From positions 119,028,558-119,092,557 of the forward strand of contig NC_068982.1 in assembly GCF_001194135.2 (NCBI RefSeq): a DNA stretch of 64,000 nucleotides, given 5' to 3'. Of the stretch, positions 52,813 through 64,000 are shown in pieces (the stretch's first letter is position 1; each line of letters begins with the position of its first letter). Below the pieces are notes generated by a model. It saw nothing but the letters and a program-made list of their open reading frames with translations, was not told where the DNA came from and searched no databases. The position numbers and the translations under genes are program-made. The DNA is from Octopus bimaculoides (Eukaryota).

Positions 52813-54339
52813 TTATAGAGGTAATATTAAAACCTTTTAAAGTTCTGATTATATTGAGTTTTAAATTTTCGGTCAGATTGATCTGTGTTGAACGTATATA
52901 TTTCAAATATTGCCATTAATATTTTTAGCTGTTCATATTTAATTTGCGTTTGATCATGTCGGAACGAAAAGATTAAAGATTAGGAGATTACCGTGAAGTA
53001 TTATAAGGTTACATGATGTGTCAGATTTGATACTCTTGGCTTAACAGAGTAATGTTAGAACATCCCATTCATATCATTTTTATATTATCATTAAAAGATG
53101 CGCATGGTGTGGAATGACATTAGCCTTATGTGGGTTGTATAAAACGCCGTTAGCTTATTTATCTGTGTATATACATAATTTCTCACACACATACACACAT
53201 ATATATGTATATATATATATATATATACACATATATATATATNNNNNNNNNNNNNNNNNNNNNNNNNNNNNNNNNNNNNNNNNNNNNNNNNNNNNNNNNN
53301 NNNNNNNNNNNNNNNNNNNNNNNNNNNNNNNNNNNNNNNNNNNNNNNNNNNNNNNNNNNNNNNNNNNNNNNNNNNNNNNNNNNNNNNNNNNNNNNNNNNN
53401 NNNNNNNNNNNNNNNNNNNNNNNNNNNNNNNNNNNNNNNNNNNNNNNNNNNNNNNNNNNNNNNNNNNNNNNNNNNNNNNNNNNNNNNNNNNNNNNNNNNN
53501 NNNNNNNNNNNNAACGAAGAAACTGGTTTTCAATAAAGATGCAAAGCGCTATCATTAGAATGCAGGTAACAAAAACAATATTACATGTTGAACTTGACAA
53601 ATGTCTTGCATATTTTTCAAGTTACATGTACAGACTGTCTTTGTTACGTGCGTGTTTTTGTTTTTTGCCTTTTCTAAAAAAACTTACTGAAATCAACACT
53701 TCAGCCTTTACTGTCAAAACCAACAACACCAATTATTATTGAGATAAATATAAATTTATATTATGAATATAGAAGCCGAAGGTTTCAAGCAGGCGTCTGT
53801 AGTTGTTCGTTTATTTTCTTTCATTTTTCGAAGAGATATTCAACATTTATAAAGCAGCTAACCTGTGTGAGGTTATATGCATTATCTTGTCAGTACCAAA
53901 CAACTATATATGTCCCGCGAAGATTGCCCTTGGTAAACGTTTTGATATCCTATCATTGTTCCTTGTATGATTGCTTATTTAGCAAAAAACAGGAGAATTC
54001 TCTATATTTATCTAAAGACTGTCTTCCTTGCGAATACCATTGTATATTGTTTTAGCAACAACGTCATGTTGACCGCTAGTATCTTGATAATATATTAGGG
54101 TAGCTGCGGAACACATAACACGTGTGAAGTGTTCAACAGAAATATGATACAACCTGCTTTTTCAGTTGCATCTTGACGTTCCTACTCCGTCAGAGTCTCT
54201 TTTTTCTTTAGATGTCTTATAGCAATCTCCTTCGCTTGGATTGAAAAATCGTAGCTCTCATGTGAGATATAAGTTACAGAAAAACTTCACTTCATGTCAA
54301 TATTAGTATCGTCCCCAGTTCTTCGCTCTGTATAACGAT

Positions 54340-54383
54340 GCAAATATTTCCTAATATATATATATATATTAGGACATATTTGC
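54340..54383. repeat. 22 bp near-perfect palindrome centred on (AT)n
   Basis: GCAAATATTTCCTAATATATAT|ATATATATTAGGACATATTTGC, one mismatch. Confidence 0.9.
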
Positions 54384-55412
54384 GAAGAAGATTGCTATAA
54401 AATATCTAAAGAAAATAGAAAAAAGCAGTTTTAGGGTTGTGTGGCCATCGGGAATAGAGTCCTTTCTTCAGAGCTAACCGCAAATTCGTTCAATGTATTT
54501 ATTTCACTCTTCAGCACTCGGTTGCAACCTTCATTGTTGTTGCTGGTGTTTAGCGGCGTTGCCTGAGTTATATAACACTCGCAGACTGATTTCAAGCTTC
54601 TACCTCTTTCGCCATATCTAAATACAACATTTGGCTCTCACTGATTTCAAGATCTTGTGTATCTTAATGTCTAAAGATAACTTTTCCCCTACAGACCAAT
54701 GCATATTTCGAATGATCGGTGTAAGCACTGGCGCATTAAACGCATTATGGATTATCTGCTTGTTTTAAGAGGAGAGTACTGACTCTCATATTTTACTAAA
54801 TCTGACCTAATATACTTGGGTCACTCTATCTTTATTTACATCTCTGCATTATAAATTGTCATTTATGCCTAGGTATTTCTATCATTATTTCTGTAAAGTG
54901 GAGAGACAATGAGATTGTTGATACATCTGCGCTTGAGGACCGATTTTACACGGCCAAGAAACTAATACGAACAATTCTTTTAGTCAAAATCCTTTCCTAT
55001 GTCAACTTAGAACTTCAACTTTAATTATTGTTGGCATTGTAAACACATTTAACATAGATCCTCGGATTATCCACAAAAAAATTATGGGCTATAATGGTAT
55101 ATTTAGCTGTTGCAGACCCTAGCATGTAGGTAAGAAAATATGTCTATGTACGTATGTATGTATGTATGTATGTATGAATGTGTATGTATGTATGTATGTA
55201 TGTGTGTATATACGTATGAATGTATGTACGTATGTATGCATGTATATGTATATATGTATGTAATCTTCTATTCCGTTGTCATTACTTTTCTCATTTCCTA
55301 TTTGTTCTCTCTCTGACACCCAATTGTTTACAAACAACTGTAGAAATGAAAATATATACTCGCGTGTTTCAGGAAAATTGGGATAAATTGGAATGTAAAG
55401 ATATGTGAACGC

Positions 55413-55459
<47 letters not shown>

Positions 55460-55824
55460 GTATCAGCAGTTATAGAAACACTGGGTCTTTTTTCTGTGAT
55501 CGGTATTATATGATCATACGAGGTCGTGTCGGTAGCAAATATATGTACTTTTCACATATTAACAGAATTGTTAGGCGTGTTAAAGATACATGAAAGGAAA
55601 GAGTGTGCAGTGAATAGAAAACAACGATATTGGTGTGAAACTTAAATCTGCAACATCTAACATCAGTATTGAGCACTGAACACCACGTCCGCCATAGCAG
55701 AAGTTGTATTCAGTTTCAGAAGTAATATTCAGTAGTCTTCAGATTCACTTTTAATAAGGTAACATAAAGTACATTTATGCATATTTTTTTACATATATTA
55801 TATACATACATATATATTCTTCTA

Positions 55825-56190
55825 CTTGGTTCAGTCATTTGCCAGTGGCCATGCTGGAGCACCGCCTTTTAATCAGTAGAATCGACCTCTAGACTTTGTC
55901 TTTGTAAGCCTGGTTCTAACTCTACCGATCTCTTGTTGCTGAACTGCTAAGTTACGGGGACGTAAACACACCAGCGATGTTGGGCAGCGTAGGGGGACAA
56001 ACAGACGCAAACATACACACACATAAATATATACGTATACATATATGCCACAGGCTTCTTTCAGTTTCTGTCTACCAAATCCACTCACAAGGCTTTGGTC
56101 GGCTCGGCGCTATAGTAGAAGACACTTGCCCAAGGTGCCACGTAGCGGGATTTAACCCGGAACCGTGTGGTTGAGATGCAAGCTTCTTAT
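55825..56190 (-). mobile_element. OR1-type SINE
   Basis: Reverse complement of GGCACCTTGGGCAAGTGTCTTCTACTATAG..GGATTTGGTAGACAGAAACTGAAAGAAGCC..GGCGGTGCTCCAGCATGGCC. Confidence 0.8.
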
Positions 56191-56204
56191 TTCCTTACTG
56201 CCCT

Positions 56205-56404
56205 GAAGGACCTACACACAGAGAGGAGAAACAAGGACAGAGAAACGAATTAAGACGATTATATCGACCCCAGTGCGTACCTGGTACTTATTTAATCGAC
56301 CTCGAAAGGATGAAAGGCAAAGTCGACCTCGGCGGAATTTGAACTCAGAACGTAGTGGCAAACGAAATACCGCTAAGCATTTCACCCGGCGTGCTAACGT
56401 TTCT
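56205..56404 (-). mobile_element. OK/OR2-type SINE
   Basis: Reverse complement of 12997-13210. Confidence 0.87.
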
Positions 56405-56598
56405 GTCACCTCGCCGCAAGCTTCTTACCACAGGGCCGCGATTGCGCCAATATNNNNNNNNNNNNNNNNNNNNNNNNNNNNNNNNNNNNNNNNNNNNNNN
56501 NNNNNNNNNNNNNNNNNNNNNNNNNNNNNNNNNNNNNNNNNNNNNNNNNNNNNNNNNNNNNNNNNNNNNNNNNNNNNNNNNNNNNNNNNNNNNNNNNN

Positions 56599-56637
<39 letters not shown>

Positions 56638-56848
56638 GTGTGTGAGAGTGTGCGCCTGCGTGTGTATTCATATACATACATACTACATATATAAATTGTA
56701 TTAACTACACAATTTGTTCGTAAAATTACTTGCAAACACTCACACACACCCACGCCATCATATTCGAGGATATATACACAGATAATACACTCATGTCTAT
56801 ATACAGATATGTGTTATGTGCGTGTAAATATGTACGTGTGTGTGTGTT

Positions 56849-56879
<31 letters not shown>

Positions 56880-58177
56880 ATATAATGATTCGATTACATT
56901 TTTTTGCCACACAGTGATATATTTTGCTGCAAAAAATGAAGGATGCTAACTACTTTTTGTGAGGTTCCTTGCGGCCAACCACGATTTTCGTTACATCCCT
57001 TCATATATTCATTGTGTTACAACTATAACAAATATCTTTTGGCGTGTTTTTTATTTCATTTTATATATATTTTTTTTATCACAACCATTATTTTCAAGCT
57101 GCTGCTTGTACCTATCATCAAGAGCAAATGGAACCATTCCATTAGATACTCAAATCGTAGTTATGGGTTTTCACATAATCATTTCTTTCTCTTTTTTTTT
57201 TATTTTATTCTTAAGCTTTCTCTGCTGGTACATTGCAATTTTACACTACTGAATAAATATGAAATCACGTAAATATAATAGATGTTCCATCTTCTCGCTC
57301 GTAGTACCGCGTTTAGTTAATATTAGTAGTTTATATGTTTATTTTGAGTAACGTTCAATAAGTGTGCAAGTCCAGTACTTTCAGGAAAATGCAATTATTA
57401 GCTGCGGTCTTTGAGTGTATTCCAGTTGTTTTGTTGTTTGCTTATACATGGAAAATCATAAACATTCTGTTAGTATATGTACATACATATATACATACAA
57501 GTACATGCAATATGATATGTAGTAATATATGTTTAAGTACGGTAATGCATACAATTTCGAAAAGTCCGAATACAAATCGAAAGAGCCTTCAAAGAATATA
57601 TTGCATCAAATATTTCAGCGGTTTCTAGTATTACGTTCATCTGTTCAGTAATCCAGACTTTAGGCTTGATATACATAACTGTAGCTAACACTTTCTGTGA
57701 ATTTACATCCCTAAAATCCACTCGGATCTCAATTGATTATAATTATTATCTGTAGATTACGGAAACCCGTATCACTTTCTGTTTAAATCTTTGGACTGTA
57801 ACTAATTATTATTGCCACCAAAACAAGCCTTTTATCCCGCAAGTAACCTACTGGTTTAAACATTTATATATCTAATATGCTGTTCTAATTATATAAATAT
57901 TCTGTCTATTAACCTTATCTTTAAAATGTAAATTTGTATTTATTATGTAGCAAAAATCTTTTCTGTCTGTTCAATTTCAAGGCTTAGATACCGCAACTGC
58001 AGAGTAGATGCGAAGTAAGATTCAAAGGTATTTAATAGCAGATAATCGAACTTCAAAAGTATTGAATTGTAGTGCAGGTTGAGTGTACACTCAAGTTGCG
58101 GTTACGTAATGAGGAAGAAATTAGTCTTCTCTTAGAGGAGAAGCAAAAAGCACTTAACATGTTGCAAAATGCAAAAT

Positions 58178-59370
58178 ATCAATGAACAGGAAGTGTCTGT
58201 GATAATTATCGCAGCATCTGTCTGTTAGCTGTTGCAGGAAAAATCCTTTTGTAAGGTAATGCTGGACAAATTGCTTCTGCACATTGCTGATAAGGTTCTA
58301 CCAGAATCGCAATGTGTGTCAAAAAGCATAGAGAATGTATCTAGTTTTATTTATATAGGAATTACATTGAGCATTGCTGGTCTTCATGATGAAATTTCGT
58401 ATAGAATCAGCAAGGTTAGTAGTACTTTTAGTAGGCTTGATAGGTGTCTGGGAACACGACATATATCTTCACAAATTAAAGTTAAGGTATATAACATGCG
58501 CATCCTGCCATCTTTGCTATATAGGAGTGAGACATGGCTTATTTACCGTAGATATGTAAGGCAACAGGAGCGATAACAACAATACTGTCTGACAAAAAAA
58601 AAAATGAGGATAAACTGAAAAATGGCCATTAGTAATGCGCAGGTGCTTGTGAGGAGTGGAAATATAAAGTCAATGATTCTGCAATGACGATTGAGGTGGC
58701 GGTGACATCTGGTAAGGATGAGTGGTGAGAGACTTCCCAAGAAAGATGGAAGGAGACCAGCGTATAAGTCTAAACTGAGGTTCAAGTATTGCCTTAAACA
58801 TTCTCTAATACAATCAGGAATTGCAGTTGGCGATTGAGAGAGAGAGGCACAAGACCGGATGGATGGAAGAAGACAGTGCATAGTGGTTGTCTGGGGTTTG
58901 AGAAGGAGAGAGTGAAGTATGAGAGAATTAGGAGGGGGCTTAGAAAGAGCGAACCTGTGGAGAGTGAGAGAGTGTTGCTTTTTGTGTGTGGTTTATGAGA
59001 GGAAGTGTTTGAGTCGTGCAGGTCTGGGCAGCCATCAAAAATCTCATTGGAATCTACCCATGATAAACAGTGATGTTACTATAGCAACTCACAACAGAAC
59101 ATGTGTAAAATGTGCAAAGGGTGTGCCTCTCAGTTGGAGATCTGAAAAGGCATGTTAAGAGAGTGCATATGGTGGCACCTTTTTCTCCTGTCAACCAGCA
59201 CAGCTGCACCGCATGTGATAGAATATGTAAAACTTTGGCTGGGCTTAAAAAGTCATATAAGGGTATCACATGGCCTCAGTAATGAATCATTTCAGTAAGT
59301 CTTAGCTTTTCTCGTGTAACGTAGCGAGGGTGGAGCTATGATAATCAAGATGATGATGATGTTGATGATG
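58178..59370 (+). mobile_element. internally deleted RTE-clade LINE 3' part with C-terminal C2H2-like fingers
   Basis: CDNYRSICLL, VLPESQC, FIYIGITLS, ILPSLLYRSETW and RLRWR..LVRM..RLPK; (GAT)n tail. Confidence 0.88.
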
Positions 59371-61590
59371 ATAGGGATAACTACCCTTGGCAAACAGGAC
59401 ACAGTCGTGTGTCGATAAGCCAGCTGGAGGAGATGTCCTCCTGGGGCTAAAAGCAACAGTAACATCCACCCCTAGGGGTCAGCCACACTTAAGTGGCAAT
59501 ATACTACACTTTATCGTGCAGTTACTGTTAATACTTCATTTAGAGAATTAACATTGCTTATATATATATATATATATATNNNNNNNNNNNNNNNNNNNNN
59601 NNNNNNNNNNNNNNNNNNNNNNNNNNNNNNNNNNNNNNNNNNNNNNNNNNNNNNNNNNNNNNNNNNNNNNNNNNNNNNNNNNNNNNNNNNNNNNNNNNNN
59701 NNNNNNNNNNNNNNNNNNNNNNNNNNNNNNNNNNNNNNNNNNNNNNNNNNNNNNNNNNNNNNNNNNNNNNNNNNNNNNNNNNNNNNNNNNNNNNNNNNAT
59801 ATATATAGTGAAAAGTTTCAAGCAAAGAAATTCCACATGGTGAATTGTACTAAAAAGTAAGATGCACAGATATTTTGTTGGAAGAATATAATACATATAT
59901 AAATATATTTTATATGACATAAAATATATACTTAGTCTACCAGATTCCCTTATCCTAATCATGAGTAAATAATTAGTGATAATGCTATAAATTGATGTTA
60001 CCATAATATTTTTGATTACAGTAGTTAGAGAGGTATCTCACATATTGAAATGAAAACTTATGACATCATAAAAATATAAAGTTATCCCGTACTATTTAAT
60101 TACGATAGCATAAGCAAAACTGGTTGACTATGTAAGTATTTTATCTTAACAAAAAACATATTTATATATATTTTTCCAACAGAAAATTTCTTTGCATTTT
60201 CCTTCTTTCATATATTTGCTGTGTGTGTGTGAGTGTGTGTGGAGGGGGTGGGGTTAAAAATACATATTTTAATTGAAAGTTACTAAACATTACCACAGAC
60301 CAGCATTGTTTCTATTTTAATTTTGATTAATATTATTCTTAGAATGAGACCTAAATGAACAGAGTAACATGGACAGAACGTCGAACTATCAGAGTCGTAT
60401 CTACTTGATATTTCCGATTCCGACGTGATTTAACGAACGGCAAAAATGTCACAACTTTCCATTTCCATGCTTTTCTTCTTTAATTGTGTACCGCTGTGCG
60501 TTGAAAAGAAACACTCCTTTGGTTTGCCAAAAGTAGACAGGTTGTTTAATTTTGAATGTTATAGTGATGTTGAACAACAGATGTTGACGCAGCGCGAATA
60601 AAACTAAATTAATGAGAGAAATACGTACGAAATCTAATTATTTCGTTAAAGAAAAGAAATCACGTCCCATCCATTAGTAATTATCTCCACGCTGATCACA
60701 AGCATTCACTTCATATTCTCATTTCAGTAACTCGAAGGAAGTCAAATGGAAGCAGTGAAACTTTTATTTTACTTTAGTAAGAAATACCCATGCAGATTAC
60801 GCTTTATTGTTCGACACATTCTACCATAACATTCTGCATAAAGAATTTCCAAATGTACAGCAATTCATTTACTAATACAACTTCTATGCTCCGAAGAATC
60901 TATTTAATACTTAATTTTACCGTCTGTATATTTACTGTAATGAATCATTAAATACATAAAGCATTGGTGTTAATTGTATATCATGGTCTTCGTTGTCATT
61001 ATTATTGCTGTGTCATTGTTCGTTTTGCTTCTGGACAGTTCTTGCTGATAAGCAATATGAATGAATATACGGGGTGTAGTGAATGATGTCAAATGAACCA
61101 GTTATGGCTATGAAAGATAATATTACAAATAATACTACCAAATTGATTTCGTCACCAATGATTATAAATGAACCTCGCGGAGTGCTGTAAATATTTTAAA
61201 GCATCTTGATTTAAAATTCAGCTATCCTCAATTTATTATTTCATTTTTCGCTCACAAGTTCCATGTCAGGAAATTGTAATTTATGCATACGTTTTCTATA
61301 TTAACTGCGGAAATTCTTGGTGTAATTGTGAAATTAAAGGGAGAAGAAATACATAGGAGCCCATCGAATGGACCGTTATGTGCGTGGTCAGATTAATCAT
61401 CTTCCGATTTAATAACACCACCTGACACATGGATACTTTGGCGGAGAAACTTCGGTGCCAGCATTTTGAAGCAGGACTAGTCAGCATTTACTGAGAACTA
61501 GCTTTTATATTCACACCGTTCTCTGCAAAATAAGACACTGTGTCTCCTGGAAACATAAATTCTTGAAAAGTAATACACTTCATCAAATTA

Positions 61591-62337
61591 TACGAGGTGG
61601 TATCGAAACGTTTCGGAGTATTTCTATAGTTATATTTGCGTTTTTTGTGATTTCGAGTATGCTGTGGACTGCGATTTTTTCATGGACAGGAAAAAAGAGC
61701 CAACGGGAAACTTTGCGTTAAAATTGGGAAGTCTACTACAGAGATATTTCGCATGTTTCGGAAAACTCGTTGATCATACAATGCCTCGTACGCAATGTGT
61801 CGAGTGGCACGTGCTCTTCAAAAGTGGAATAATTTCCTTGGAAATCGATGAGCGATGTGGAAGAATTGCCACAAGCGTCACCTCGGAAAATGTAATATTG
61901 TGCATAAAGAATTAATCACCATAAATCACAGTATGACTGTGAAGCCAAAGTTTTACTGCGAAATTTTGAAGCGTCTGAGGGAGGACATTTAGTGAAAGCG
62001 ATCGGATCTGTTCTCGCCAAAAACAACATGGTATCTCTCCTGCACCTACCTTGTTCTCCAGATTTGGAACATGCGGACTTACATCTGTTCCTCAAGATGA
62101 GAATGTTGCTCAACACTGGTCGATTTAACACCGTTGTCGAGATCCAGAGCGTATCGCAGAAAGTCCTTAACTCGCTTACTGAAAACGACTTCCAGGACGG
62201 ATTCCAAAAGTGGCAGGAACGCTCGAACCGGTGTAATTATGTGCAAATTGGCCATTTCGAAGGTGTTGTTAAATCTTAGGTAAATATTATATTTTATGAA
62301 ATTAACTAGTTCAGCAAACTTTTGATACCGCCTCGTA
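61591..62337 (+). mobile_element. internally deleted mariner (DD34D family) element
   Basis: TIRs TACGAGGTGGTATCGAAACGTT and AACTTTTGATACCGCCTCGTA with TA ends; ORF 61992-62279 HLPCSPDLEHADLHLF..DFQDGFQKWQER..GHFEG. Confidence 0.93.
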
Positions 62338-62879
62338 CATGTAATAGAATCAACACAGTTTTCTTCATCACAAGTGTGTTTAGATATAAGATACGATTCG
62401 ACCAATTGCCTACATTTCGAAATTATAGATAACTGTTTTCATGATGTCAATGATACAAAAAAAAGTCTCAGTCTTCTAGTAATTGCCAGGCTACAAATTT
62501 AACGTTGCTGTAGAAATAAAAGGAACGTCTGCATAGAAATATTTTGTCACTAATCAAAATATTATTAAATGCTCCACACACGTGAGTTCCATGTTAGACT
62601 TATAATACTTTGTCACCATTCTTGGGTAGCGTATCAATATCCTAACATTGTATTTCGTTAAAGACAACGATGAATAATGATCTAATGTCCCGATAGCATA
62701 ACGGTTTATTGATGTACATGATAATCAGATGCAGTGCTATAACATACCTAACAGGAGCTGATGTCAGAGATTTATTTACATTTTAAGAACACAGCTATTA
62801 CCACTAAAACTACAACATTAAATATATATATATATATATACACACACATACACACACACACACACAGACACACACACAG

Positions 62880-62940
<61 letters not shown>

Positions 62941-63310
62941 TACAATAATAACTATACAATAATATATCATAATAATGATATATATTCTCCGATTTAAACA
63001 ACATTTAAATATAAACAATTGACTGAAAAATGATGAGCTAATTCCAGCCAGAATCGAACCTATAAATCAACGCTTCCATGTCTACTTGCGTATACGATTG
63101 TACCAAACGTTCGCCCATCAATTTCAGTCATTTGGCTGAAATTGGTGGGTGAGCGTTTGGCCCAGACAGATGCGCAAGATTATGGGTTCGATTGTGGTTG
63201 GGATTAGGTCGTCATTTTTCAATCAATTGTGTATATATATAAATGTCACTTTAACTCAGAGTATATATATTATTATTATGATGATATGTTATTATATATT
63301 TATTAGTGTA
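62941..63310. repeat. ~370 bp imperfect fold-back with two tRNA-like heads meeting at the centre
   Basis: Arms of ~190 bp centred at 63131-63132; each arm starts TG(G/A)CTGAAATTG.. (A-box-like) and carries GGTTCGATT (B box). Confidence 0.85.
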
Positions 63311-64000
63311 CTAATAGACTTCCATAGTCACTCTATCTCCGTAACTTACAAAGCCTTCTGGCTTGTTTACAAATATTATACGGTATATATATGTATATTT
63401 ATGAGAGTTCATGATTCAAATGAATCAGGTACTTTAAATGGTAAGGCACCAGATCAGGTTAATAAAAGTGAATCGTGAATCGTGAATATTAGGAAAGCAT
63501 AGGAACAAAAACTTACATAACGACATATAGACAGATTACTAATCTAGTTGTATATACGATTAACCGGACCCCACTGAGCATATTAGGAATTTCAGGGCTG
63601 TATTTAAGAATGCACTGTGCACCAATGTTACTGCACGTAATAGGCTCTAGATCCATGCTAATAGCAGGTTCCGAATAAGGAGAATAATAAATAAATAACA
63701 GCAGATGACTAATGGTTTATTCATAACAGCTATTTCCCATGACCTTTTTAATTGGTGAATAGAGGGATTACACCATGTGAAAAAAGCTGCTTTCATTACA
63801 TGAATATAAACGAATTACACATTTAAAAGGCTGGCACAAACTGATGAGTTATAGAATGATTTAAATGTGGAATTCTTTTTTTTTTCGCATGATGTAATAT
63901 CTCACTTCATTAATTAAAGAATTTGTTGGAAACAGGTGTGGTGAATGACCAATTAACCATCTATTGTAATTGATATATACATTTATATATATGCATGTAT

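Noticed and set aside
54400-54770. Faint MULE-transposase-like peptides on the minus strand (NTSNNNEGCNRVLK)
   Set aside because: Similarity is marginal with no catalytic motif or TIR; needs tBLASTn.
1-64000. CRISPR arrays, rRNA, prokaryotic operons
   Set aside because: None seen; repeats are microsatellites and eukaryotic TEs without a repeat-spacer structure.

Overview
AT-rich, microsatellite-dense eukaryotic DNA with about 15 N gaps. The SINE families and repeat landscape look like an octopus/cephalopod genome (inference from sequence recognition, no database search). No host protein-coding gene can be supported; nearly all supplied ORFs are microsatellite or gap artefacts, or decayed TE fragments. 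The window is a transposon graveyard: R4/Dong-type REL LINE fragments abutting (AAT)n, two RTE LINE fragments, three Tc1/mariner relics, a MITE, octopus-type tRNA SINEs, and two Penelope-like retroelements (PLEs) of different clades side by side at 26.9-31.6 kb. The most interesting signal is a short element present five times (1.6, 14.1, 21.4, 21.7 and 29.4 kb). It is built from a tRNA-like Pol III head, an (AAT)n spacer, a minimal type I hammerhead ribozyme and a 3' stem-loop tail. Four of the five copies sit in inverted (head-to-head or inverted-tail) composites like those made by Penelope retrotransposition, so it is a candidate ribozyme-carrying SINE mobilised by PLEs. Also notable are several fold-back hairpins, including a ~370 bp tRNA-headed fold-back with G-U-biased differences, and three C2H2-like fingers at the end of an RTE.
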